This document shows, piece by piece, positions 1-12,647 of a stretch of DNA of 64,000 bases. Source of the DNA: Paragordius varius (Eukaryota > Animalia > Nematomorpha); the NCBI GenBank assembly GCA_964247055.1, contig OZ176051.1, positions 9,610,001 through 9,674,000 of the forward strand, given 5' to 3'. Made by a program: the position numbers and the translations under genes. A model generated the notes under the pieces. It was not told where the DNA came from, searched no databases, and saw only the letters and a program-made list of their open reading frames with translations. How positions within the stretch are numbered: position 1 is the stretch's first letter; every line of letters begins with the position of its first letter.

Positions 1-181
1 AAACGAACCTTTCAATTAAAATTCTAAAGCGATAAAAATGTTTATCATCATCAAATTATATAAATATTTTGCAATCAATATTTTGTGGTTTCTTATCGTT
101 TATATTGATCCATTAGTAGCTAATATTAATTTTACACCAAAAGATATGGTTTAAATTTTGGGAATAAGAAAAAATTAATAC

Positions 182-816
182 CAAATGGATAGGACATGGG
201 TGTTTTGTAAGATGTAAGGAGATCGGTCAAGGTAGAGAAAAATATTGGACAACATAACCTAAAATTATAAAGAAAATTTTACCATTTGTTTACAAAATAT
301 TTTCCAGAATTCATTCAATTTATTAAGAAAATCTGGTGATTCAAGATTAGATGATGTGATTAATTTAGTTTGATGCAATAAAACAAATGATTCGCACATT
401 TGCTTTAGAGTTTGGTAGAGTGTGGATGACATGCCGTGGCCACATAAATTTTCAACGTCCTGGTATAATATTTCCAATGAATACGAAATCGATTTACAAT
501 TATTAATAGCGTCAACAGCGTCTTTCAACCGATTAAGTATCGGTGCATAATCAAAAGCATTGTCAACTTTATTTTTAAAGCCTTTTAAAACTATTTTCTT
601 TGCACCGTTTAATTTGGATTCCATGAGTGGTATATTTGAAAAACCATTTGATGATTTCATAATATCCAAACGATCATAAGCGTTCATAATGTCTTTTATG
701 ATATCTTTGTCGGAGGCAATGACTTCAGATTTTTCGGAACCTTGACTAAATTTATGTATTTTAAGCTTTTTGGATTTAGGCGTAAAATTATTTATATTTT
801 TATGATCAATATCCAT
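182..816 (-). CDS. CUL4: Cullin-4, 5' part (exons 283-816 and 182-258; gene presumably continues past the window start)
   Basis: Translation AKKIVLKGFK...LKDAVDAINNCKSISYSLEILYQDVENLC...LYQTLKQMCE...FLNKLNEFWKIFCKQM, spliced across 259-282 to VMLSNIFLYLDRSPYILQNTHVLSIW, matches the CUL4 N-terminal cullin repeat (KKLVIKNF...LEELYQAVENLC...CRQMIMIRSIFLFLDRTYV). The ATG at 816 is assumed to be the start. Confidence 0.92.
259..282 (-). other. 24-nt GT-AG intron in CUL4
   Basis: GTAAAATTTTCTTTATAATTTTAG; contains an in-frame TAA, and its removal restores the conserved KQM|VMLSNIFLYLDR. Confidence 0.88.
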
Positions 817-2009
817 CAAATAAAAGGCATTTAAAACAAACTGATTTGAACAATGAATAGATTTTCATTGTTAGCATATGATGTATTAAATATCTTCATT
901 AAAATATTTGTATTCAAGACATTCATTTCACTTCTATTCAAATTGGGGTCTTAATAATTCCAGGCCTCCTTATAATCAATATTTCATTAAAGGTAAATAG
1001 ATAGGTAAATGAAATGTTTGCCTAAGCTAAATATAAATATACAGCAGATTATCTTTCGATTTATATAAATATTAGAAATAGTTTGAACACACAGATACAA
1101 CACAATTACTCTGTTTTAAATCAGGGTCTTTGAGAACCCCAGTCTTGCTTTAACATTTCGATTCTAATTAGGGTATCTAAACCATAATATATTTAAGTTG
1201 ATGTTTTTGAAAAACTACTGAAAAAAACGGTGATAATTAAATATTTGCCTCTGTTAAAAATTATATAAATAACCGAATCAAAATAATTAGTTTCAAATAA
1301 AAAACTATTTCGACGTTTATTTATAAAATTTTGCAAATACGCGTTTATTTAATTTAAAAGCTAAAATTAAGGCTATATTTTATTTATGTCACATTTGACA
1401 TTGATAGAGAAAGAAAAAGTGGTTTCTTTAGTATTATTATTAAATTTAGCTATGCACATGTCATGTTGACTAAATTTTTACCTTTGGCTACCTTAAAATA
1501 AATAATATCAACTATCTTTGAATGAATTTATTTTATATTTCGGTTCATTGATGTTATGCAGGTTCAAACTTTTGCCATAGTACAAATCCTTCCATATTTT
1601 TTGAATTATATGATTTTAAACAGGCCTGGGTATCCAACGAGCTCATTCAAATCGAAGGACTGAAATGAATGTGTTGTATCCAAGTGTAAATCAAATATTT
1701 TTAAAAATAAGGAGAAAACTAAAACCATTAAATTTTGCACTAACACAGAGTAGACAAAAAAATAATTTTATAAAATATATATATATTCTGATAAGAAATT
1801 ATATCAGAGTTAGAGTGCTGTAGGTTTTGACCCTTAAATGTGATTTAAGATTATTTAAACTTTTGTGGTGAGTGCTCAACATCAGAAAATGGCAAAATTT
1901 GCGCACTTTAATATATTTTTTGTGAACGCTAGAGGCTTATTCGGAAAATAAAATATATCATAAACTACATATAAAAAGCAAAAAAATTATTTTTAAAAAA
2001 ATTTGATAG

Positions 2010-5000
2010 ATAGTTAAAGTAAATGGCAAAAACGCCTATAAATAATTTTTAATTTAATTTTTGGTTAGATTTGTATACCTTTTTAGGATGGAGAAAAAAT
2101 CAAAAAATAAAATGGTGAAAATGATGTGTGGTAAAGGTATTTATAACTAATGAAAAAAAACAGTAAACATTACTGGAAAAGCTAGTTATACCCTTAATTA
2201 ATGTGGATTTATACAAATGTTTTATTATAATTGATATAACTAATTTGGTATGGTTGCATCTTAAGGTTTTAATTCCAGATGTTCGACAGCACCATACCGT
2301 CGGTACGGTCTTCCATTTGCATTTTGTTTTTAATTTCGATATCCTCACGTATAAATCGTTTTGAATGATCTTCAATGTTAACCATTCTGTTTTAGCTATG
2401 TGGTGACCTTGTGAAGCAAGTCCCGAATTAAATTTATTTGAGCGTATATATTGTGTTTGTTATTTTTATATTTGCTCAATGGTGCGACCTGTTTATGCGA
2501 CATAAACACCATCACAGGACCACGTAACTTTATAAACAATTGGTCTTTTTTCGCGGGGATAGAGTCTTTATATTTTATGTGATTGATAAGTTTAGACATT
2601 GGTTTATATATTGTACGTATGTTAAATCTGTTTAATATGTGACCGATTTTTGCGGTTACATTAATGAAGGGTAGAGAGGCAGTTGCAACGAATTGATCAT
2701 TTGATTGATAGCTGTGGTTTAATTGTGAATTCTATTGTAAAGCTTGGGGTGATATTTATTTTGTTGGAAGGATTATCTAAGGTGGTTGATTTCGGGTCAT
2801 AGGGAGCTGCAGTTGTATATTTCTTGAGCTCGGTGGATTGGAGTTTTGATTATTTATCTTTTTTGGCTAGGGTGATGATGGGAGTCAGCATTGAGGTGAA
2901 GGTTGATGTGTGTTTCCTTTCTGTATACTGTATGCCTGAGTTTTCATTTTCTGTTTTTATAACAACAGTGTCTAAGAAGCTTATAGAAATGTTATTAAAT
3001 TCCATGGTAAATTTTACACTATTTATATTATTTATAAAATTTAAAAAATCGCACTTATCCTCTCCATAGGGCCAAATTGCAAACGCATTATCGACATATC
3101 GTAACCAAATACTTGGAACTAAGGAAGTGGAGTTAAAGATTGTTTCTTCGAAATTTTCCATATATAGATCGGCAAAGATTGGGGAATGCCTGATCCTATA
3201 GCGTGGTTTTGGAGGTAAAATTGGTTGTTAAAAAGAAAAAAAGATATTAAAAAGACATAGTTTAACTTTAGGAATATCAGGGTGTAGTTTGTTGAATTGT
3301 TACTAAGTTAATGACCTTCTTAGGTATTCTATTGAAGAGAGATCGTACATCAAACGTTACTAGTAGATCTGTATTTTTGATGTTCAAATGTTTGATTTTA
3401 TTAACGAAATCTATTGAATTTTTGACATAAGATCTTAATGCACATTGTTTTAGTGCTTGAACAGTTGTTAATGCTATTCCATCTTTATGAAATTTAGGGA
3501 AATCGTAAATCCGCAGGTTCTCGTAAGGATAATTGCTTGATTGCTTTTTTAATCAAATTAGTTATTCTAGTTATCGGGTCTTTTTTAATGATTGTATAAT
3601 TATCGCTTAATAGTTGATCATTCAATTTGTCAATATACTGTTCTTTTGTTAAAATGACTCTGAAATTTCCTTTGTCGGCAGCTAGCATTATGATTTCAGG
3701 GTTATTAATAGCATATAGGCTTGGAATTCATTGTAATTTGTTTTTGTAAGTGCTTTTTTGCTAATATGAATGGTTTCCATTAGTATTATATCGGCCTGCG
3801 ATTGTGGAAGATTGCGCTGCTCTCAATTTCCGTGATTATGTTTTTTTGGGGAATATGATTAGGTGTTTTGCGAAATTTAAGCTTTTAGATAGCATAGATT
3901 TAAGATCATTTGATATGGGTTTGTCTATCATATTAATAACTGTTTTATCGGATCGATAGTCTTAGTGTGGTTGTTATGATAGTTGCTTTTTTGTCTTACG
4001 AGAAATTTGTCGAAATTTGAGTTTTTGTGAAGGATAACTTTTTTAAATACATTGATTGACCTTTCATATGATATACAATCCAGCTTGGAGAAGATATCTT
4101 GGGGGACATTGTTTGCCGATAGTATATGTGATTTATACAAAGATTGGTTTATGATAATTTTGTGTTGATGTCTGATAATTTGCAACATCAATATTTTAGT
4201 TTAAGGATCATGTGTTCTGGTGAGTAATGAGATCGGAAGTGTAATCCTGGAATTACAGAACTCTGCATAATCTAAGAAAATTAAGCGTTGCCGAAGCTTT
4301 TTTAATTTAAGTCAATTGGCGCTGAAAGGTTTGAATAATTTAATAAATCTGCAATTGTTGAATTGATTATTCGAAAAAAGTAAAGAATTACGCATTTTTA
4401 TATACAAATATATCTAATTTCGGTTATATTTGTATAATCATTTTCAGGAGAAAGAAAAAATTAAGACAAATTCAAAAAAATATAAATTGGTGAAAATGAT
4501 TTGTGGTAAAAGTATTTATAACTAATGAAAAAATCCAGTAAACATTTGTTCTCAAGTTTACTAGATAGCTAAAACAAAAGTATTGAAGATCGTTTAAAAC
4601 GTTTCAAACGTACCTATCGAAATTAAAAAGCAAAATGCACATTTCAACCGTGCCGACGGCATGGTGTTGTGGAACATCTGGAATTACAACCTTAGATAAT
4701 ATTTTTTGATGCAACCATAACACAATCAATTATACTTATCTCAATTATAATACAACGATTGTATAATCCCCATCCATTCATTAATTAAGGGTATTTATAA
4801 TAGTTTTTTCCAGTAATGTTTATTGGTTTATCTCACTAGTTATAATTATTTTTATCACACATCATTATTTACCAATTTATAATATTTGAATTTTTCTCTA
4901 TTCTAAAAAAGGTTATACAAATACAACCAAAAATTAGATATTCATTAAATAAATTAATTATTTAATTTTAAAAAATCATTTATACGCGTTTTGCCATTTA

Positions 5001-5010
5001 CTTTAATTAT
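2010..5010 (-). mobile_element. Degenerate full-length Penelope-like element (RT + GIY-YIG endonuclease) with pseudo-LTRs
   Basis: Minus-strand remnants with frameshifts and stops: N-terminal LIFL..CRVSVIPGL (~4240-4290); ADKGNFRVILTKEQYIDKL (~3680); WLRYVDNAFAIW...KFTME...ISFLD (2850-3161); VYKVTWSCDGVYV..TGRT (~2480-2540); KRFIREDIEIK...RTDGMVLSNIWN (~2270-2370). A partial direct repeat (4415-4545 ~ 2056-2170) and an inverted repeat (~4560-5010 vs ~2010-2400) include the ORF 3' end, as pLTRs do. Confidence 0.88.
4414..4448 (-). ncRNA. Degenerate minimal hammerhead-ribozyme core in the pLTR (further copies ~2056-2088 on -, ~4902-4940 on +)
   Basis: Copies: CCTGAAAATGATTATACAAATATAACCGAAATTAG, CCTAAAAAGGTATACAAATCTAACCAAAAATT and TCTAAAAAAGGTTATACAAATACAACCAAAAATTAG. 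Implied consensus CTGA(A/G)A-GGTTATA-CAAA-TATAACC-GAAA fits the CUGANGA / stem II / GAAA core. Stem I was not recovered. Confidence 0.5.
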
Positions 5011-5069
5011 ATATATAAACATGCGTGATTCAACTTTTTTCGATTAATTTTAAATGGCGGCGACCCATT

Positions 5070-5670
5070 TTTTTGCCTGAAATGGGCTAGTCCTCTTATA
5101 TATACGCAAAAATTCGGGTATCGTTCGATAAAAATTTATGCTAAATTTTGATATCAACTAAAAATATTTAAAACGCATATTTTTTAGAAAGTTGTTTTAG
5201 CGCATCTCTATTAGGCATGATATAAACGGCATAAAAACGCTTTAAGATATTTTTAAAACACCCTTTCTATATAATTCGATGGTGCTGGACATTTCTATCA
5301 GCAAGAAATTCGATTTTAAATTCCGCTTGCTTTAAAATTGTAAATTTTTTTAAAAAATACAAATTATATTAACAAATATGAAAACAAATCAATTTTTAAT
5401 CGAAATTCTGAGGTAATAGAAACGTTCAGCATCATCAAATTATATAAAAAAAGTTTTTTTGTGATTTTTTAAAGCATTTTTATACCGTAACATGCCTCAA
5501 AAGATTATGAAGTTGCTTCGAAAAAATTTGCTAGTGATAAAATTTTCGTAGTAAGCATTTTTTTAAAAATATATTTTTTATAGTATATATATATAATTTT
5601 TATCGCGCTATCCCGGAATTTGCATATATTATGAGAGAACCAGCCCATTTTAGAAGAGAAAAGATTTGGG
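5070..5670. mobile_element. Foldback/MITE-like palindromic element
   Basis: 5075-5130 is the reverse complement of ~5600-5660, and ~5190-5330 of ~5390-5510; centre near 5360. Related sequence occurs at ~10-70. Confidence 0.7.
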
Positions 5671-5739
5671 ACTCTTAGAGCCACATCTACATATTAAAAT
5701 ATTAGAAAAATGTTTTGCTTTTAATAAGAAGTTTATGAT

Positions 5740-6330
5740 ATGGTGAGAATTTGTGAAATCTTTTAGCTTTCCTAAAAACTGTCCGTAAATTTTACCATTT
5801 TCTCATCTGAAGCACTTACAAAAAGTTAACTTTCTTTTATCACTCGTAAGGCCAAAACCATAGGTTTCATGATAATCCTGATACATTTACTATCAGAGTG
5901 TTTATATTTGCTCAGGTTATTTTTTTAGTCTCTATGCACGCAGTGTGTATTTTAGTTATATTTTTGGAATGAGACATATTTTTTACAAAAATATGCATAA
6001 ATTCTGCTATTTGACATGGAGCTTATTACCACAAAAGTGTAAACTTTTTTATATCACTCGTAAGAGTCAGACCAAAAGCACCATAAAAATCCTTATAAAT
6101 TTTCCTATCAGAATATATATAATTCATCCGGTTATTTTTATTTTTTTACCCTCGATTCGGATGCAGTGAATATTTTATATTTTTGGAATGAGGCATTTAA
6201 CTTAACATAAATTTATAACAAATATGAGTAAATTTTTCAATTTATTGAGGAGTAGTTACTAAAAAAGGGTTAGATTTTTATATCTATTGTGAATCTAAAT
6301 TCATACGCATCCTGAAAATTCTTCTACATT
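5740..6330. repeat. About three degenerate tandem units of ~220 bp
   Basis: Recurring blocks ttacaaaaa...atcactcgtaag...atcc..atacattt.ctatcaga at ~5815, ~6035 and ~6255. Confidence 0.55.
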
Positions 6331-6551
6331 TACTTATCATAATTCATCAAATTTATCAGATATTTATACCCCCGATTTTGTGCCCAGTGTTCATAGCACG
6401 AATTCTGAAACTTTTTGTGGAGGTGCATTCTCAATAATGATATTATAATGTGACCAACTATCCTAGCAGTACTTGGTTGCGTGTGACTTTATCGTTACGC
6501 CAGTCAGTTCAACGGATAGGTAGCAAGAAAAAGTTTTTTAGTTTTTGTTAA

Positions 6552-7363
<812 letters not shown>

Positions 7364-8897
7364 ATCCCTATTGTCCCAAAATAACTTTCAAGTGCAAATA
7401 TAATATAAATTCCATATAATTAATTTATTTCGTAAAATACTAATATATGTTTGATTTGTGTATGTCTCTGTAAAACTTTTGGAAATAAAATATTTAACAA
7501 ATTATTGAAACAATCACCATGTATATGCATTTGCAAATTGAAATTTACTGTAAAAAGGGCTCTTGAAAAAAAAAATTCTCTTTGTACAATATTGATGACT
7601 AATTTCGATGGTATATGTTGAAATGTTTTTTCATCTAATTGAGTAAAATTATATGATGATTTAAAAAATACTTGGATGTTAAATGATTCATTTTAATGAA
7701 TATATTTATAAATCGAAATTATCTTTTTTTCAGCATTGTTTTAATATTAACACATTTAATTTAATTTACTATATAATTATGTATATACCTTGCGGCATAC
7801 ATAGATAATTTTTCCTTAAGTAGCAAAACAATTAATTTACAGGCAAGTTATTTTAACACATTAGTTGTCTTTAACAGATAATTAATTATCATAAAAGTTA
7901 ATTAATATTATTAAACTTTATAAAAAGTACGGATTTTATTATTTAAAATACTAAAAATCGATTGATGTCTCGTTAGGTCAAAAGTCAAAGGACAAATCAT
8001 TTTATTAGCCATTTAAAGATATAATTCTTATAAGATTTTAACATTTTTATGTAATTTACATTGTTAAAGTACAGATTTTTATTACCTTGTTTATGTTTGA
8101 TGGATATATTTTTAATATTTAACATTATTTAATACATTTAAATTTATTATTATGCAATAAAAATATCTTTCTCAAACATGGTTTGTGAGCACCAATTTTT
8201 TAATATTACCTTATACTTAGAAATTGCATGCCATATTATATATATATATATATATATATAAGGATTCGATTAGATACATAAAAGTTTTAAAAATCAAATT
8301 TTTTTTGCATAATCCATATGAAAACGTTGTAAATAAGAATTTTTTGCAGTAATTGTTTATAAATTATATTTACAACAAAATCTTAAGTAGTGATTCATTA
8401 TCATCATATTTTGTTCTTAGGTCTTTTAAAAGATAAATTGCTGAAGAACTTTTGCATCACAATTCATTCGAGAAAGCTCACAGGTAGAGGCAGATGGGTT
8501 TTACTGTTATATTTTGGCACAGAATATATCATTGAAACAGCCAACAAGTATGTAAAAATTTAGAGAGCCTCCCTGTTAATATAAAGTTTATATAGCCTAG
8601 CGCTTTGAATGTTAAATTTATTTAGCAAATATAGAATAATTTAACATCATTTTTCCATGTTGAGTCTTAAAAAATGTATTATTTGAGGCGTTGATACTTT
8701 CAATCTTGAAACGGAAAAGATAGCTCCGATTCAAATCCTTTATGACGAATTTTATCTTCCAATATCAAAAAAGAACCTTTTTTTCGGTTATAACCATTTA
8801 ATCGTGGTTTTTTTATTCTAAGAACTAACCCCGTTTCCCTTGTATCCAAAGAAATGGTTGTGATAGGATTTTTTATATAGGTTCCATTAAAATAATA

Positions 8898-10024
8898 CTA
8901 GTCAACAAATTTAGACATTTTTAAGCACCACCACTCAAATTTTTTAAATTATGACTAATTTCAGTGTTTTAAAACCGAACTTAAAAAATTTTTTGATCCC
9001 GCCAATCAGAATTTTGAAATTTTATAGGTTTTTCAATTTTTCAAAAACAAGAGAAAATCGAGAGAAAATTAAATATTAATTTATAATAAAATGTTATTAT
9101 ATTATAAACTTAATATCATTTAATAAAGCGTTTTAAACTCTATCTTTTGAATATAAATATGTCATTTAAATATCAGAGAGAAAAAATAGTACGGACTTAA
9201 ACGTCAAAATTTAGTCTTTTTTTTTCAAGTGAATTTTTAACACATATAAATTTTTTTTAAAAAAATACTAAAAAAGGCATTTTATGGTTTAAACCTTCGG
9301 CTTTCAGATAGGCTATATTTTTATGTTAGTTTTCGTTCTTTTGAGTACTTATAAGACTTTTTCTATTGAGTTGGTTCTTATAAAAAATCCTTTATTTATA
9401 CCTAGTGGATATACCTTAATTTTTTTAAAATTATTGGTTGTTTTGTATTTTGAATATCAGATGGATGTTGTGTAGTCACTTTTAGTAGAATTTAATGTTA
9501 TGGGATTAGACCATTTGTATTTACCTAATTTATATTCAATTTAATTGTAGAATTTATCTAACTTTTTTCTGTAAATTGGTTAATTTGACATATGGATTTT
9601 GCTTGCAAGTCTCTCTTATCGGGCTTTACGATTACTTATTGTTATCTTTGCCACATCTGGCATAATTATAGGATCGCTTGGGGGATATGCAGAGCTTGTG
9701 CAGCCGCCCGGATCTATCACACTATACATAAGCCCCTTTTAGATTTTTAATACTTTGGCTCTTAGCTTGTTTAATATCTTATTTAATGCCTAGAATTTGT
9801 TATCCATGCATGGAATATTACTTGTATCGACTTGCTCGTTTGAATATTTAATCATATGTGCACGAGGAATGATTGTTATTTTTGAATTAAATACAAATTT
9901 AAAAATTAAATTTTGGAAAAATCCTATTGGTGGCCTCAATTTTCTTTTTTGTTTTGGTTTTTCCATGCCATTAGGTATTAGAAAATGCAAAAATAATGGG
10001 GTGGTGCAAAACCTTGTTGAGCAG
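8898..10024. mobile_element. Non-autonomous Tc1/mariner-like element, copy 1
   Basis: About 1.1 kb, highly similar to 53830-54910. Imperfect TIRs (CTAGTCAACAA...GCACCACC vs CTGCTCAACAAGGTTTTGCACCACC) with TA flanks; a faint RSGR remnant on - at ~9700. Confidence 0.65.
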
Positions 10025-12647
10025 TAATTTATAAAAGCAAAAATTGTTAAGATTTACGATTACCAACCAATTTTTTTGTTATTCATTTAAATTTAAAAAA
10101 CCTCAAATTTTTTCTTACCGTTGTGGCATTTGGTTTTACATTATACACTGGAATAGAAATTAATGGTTTCAAACATTCATTAAAAATATCAGATTTTATA
10201 TATATATATATTTGAATTGAATATTTATTGCTATAAACATTGATGATAACAAATGCTATGTAAAATATAGCAAAACCATTAAAATAACGAAAAAAGTTAT
10301 GTCGATAACCAATTTTAAAATCTGAAGTATAAATTTACTTAACATGGACTAACTCTGTTCTCATTTAAATCTTTTGAGCTACCCGATTTTGGCCCTAAAT
10401 TTAAGAGCCAAACTTTTTTTTATTTCTACCCGTCCCTGAACCACACTCGTTCCGGCTCCACATTGTGGTCTGATGCCATGTTAAAGGTTTTGTAACGCTT
10501 TTTCAATAATGCTAAACTGATTAAAATAAAATAATATAACATTTAACTTGTGTGCCCAAATCAAAACCCAACGTTTGTTTTAGTTACCTATGTTTTTAAC
10601 CGTACCGCTTTTTAGAAAATATCCAAATCTCAAAAATCATTTTTTAGCAATCCAGAGAAATTTTAGAACAATTTACATCAGGGGTCGCATTTTATCCTGC
10701 GTGCATTCCTTAACAAATTGACCATCTAAATACGGTTTCATTTTTTTGGCGATTAAATTTCCGAACAGTGTAACTTGCCATTACTATCGGATAATGTTGA
10801 GTGGGAGAAATTGTCGGTTTAAGATTATTAAATTTTCAGTATTGATTTTTTTCAATTTTTTTAAGAGCCACTCGAAATTTTCTAAGAGTCACAAGTGGTC
10901 AGTAACCACCTGTTGGACACCCCTAATTTGCATGCATACATTTACCCAGGTATTGTATTAATAGGTGTACATATTTAATTTGGGTGATATTAAAAATTAT
11001 TTTCTGGAGCCCAATTCTCTGGATAACTACGCCATTAAAAGGTGGGTTTCCTAATAAGTATTGAAAATTATTGCATTGTCCTTAAATATTTAATCACGCA
11101 TCACCCGAAATTTGACTTTTTCTTATGGAAAGACTTCCCCTGGTTAAGCTCTTTTGGCCCACCCCTTGAAATTGGGATGGATAGAATAAACAAAAGTTTT
11201 GATAACAATTGCAGAAAAATCAAAATACTTTCAAATGTTAGTCGAGAAAGCCTAAAAATTCGTAGGTGCACTGTTTAAAGTCAAACACTTGTTAGAAACT
11301 TTGTGTTTTTTAGGCCCATCCTTATTAAATGTCCCTTAAAGTTTAAAAAATTAAAATCCCTCGATTGTTAATCAAGTGCTTTCTCACAAATATTCTCATT
11401 TTCAAAGGCTAATTTTTCAAAGAATATTATCAGTATATTTCATATATGTGTGCAAATGTTCAAATGACCATGTGTTTAGGCGTAAGATATGCAGAGATTA
11501 TGGTCAAGAGTTTTGATATATTAACCCTATTTTATGCACAAGGAGGGAACGAAAAAATAACTACATAGTAGTCACAATATAACCGATTTGGGTATACTAT
11601 GGTAAAAAAAATATCGTTTAAATAATGAGAAGAAAGTAATATCCGTTTACGCCTAACTGTCGTGGTAGAGATAGTCATCATCTCTTTAATTTTTATTAAT
11701 AAAAAATTTTTCATATTGTTAAGAATCTTAAATTCAAAAAAAAGCTTTCATTCTTTTATAAATATCGTGTCACTCTATCATAACGACCCCTAACAGGATT
11801 TAATTTTAGGGCTTTGTATTGACCACACAGCTCTAAGTAATATCTAACGTTTTGTTATTTCATGTGCCGTTTGTATAACCATTATTATATAACATTTTCC
11901 CAGTCAATCGAAACACTTTTTTTTATAGAACAAAACGTGCCACACAACCGAAACGATTTCCCAGCCAATCAAAACCTTTTTCCAGTCAAAAAACACATTT
12001 TTCAAAATTTACTCTTAAATAAATTGAACGATTTAAATTAGCGTGAAACATTTCTTTACCCTCAAAAAAGTAGTTCTGGGCTAAATGATTATATGGGATA
12101 AAATGATAATTTATCAATTTTTATTTTTATTAGTATCATTTAGTTACAATAATTTTTTATTTATTTTTCATAACATAATGATAAACTTCACAAATTATGA
12201 ATTTAGCCAAATATATTTGGTCTCCAATGTTATTGTAAATTAAATCTAGAAAACACATTTTTATTAGGTTATATTTTTGATGTTAAAGATGAATTTGAAG
12301 TATGTATAGAAACAACTTGAACTTTTATATTCAAGCTATTATAAGTTATATGTATATAAATGTGGATAATTAAGCAAAAATAGCTTATACATATTTATAA
12401 TTTTTATCTCTTAAGTAACTAATTGAAACCCATATTGGTGTAAATTTGCACTATTTTAAAATCTTATTTTAGTGCTTAATTCTATTTTTAATCTCAAAAA
12501 ATCATTCCATTTGTAAAAAATGGATTATATATGCATATGCGCATATTGTTTAATTGTCACTAAGCCAAGAATTAACATTAGCTTAATCTGATTAGAGAGA
12601 TTTTCAAAAAATGAAAAATTATTATATAAATTACATTTATCAATTTC

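Noticed and set aside
8420-8580. Exon-like stretch with AG/GT ends downstream of Ral
   Set aside because: No recognisable homology and no partner exons could be found.
9790-10027. Overlapping ORFs on both strands, repeated at 54653-55006
   Set aside because: They lie inside the duplicated Tc1-like element and show no protein-family signal; these are chance ORFs.
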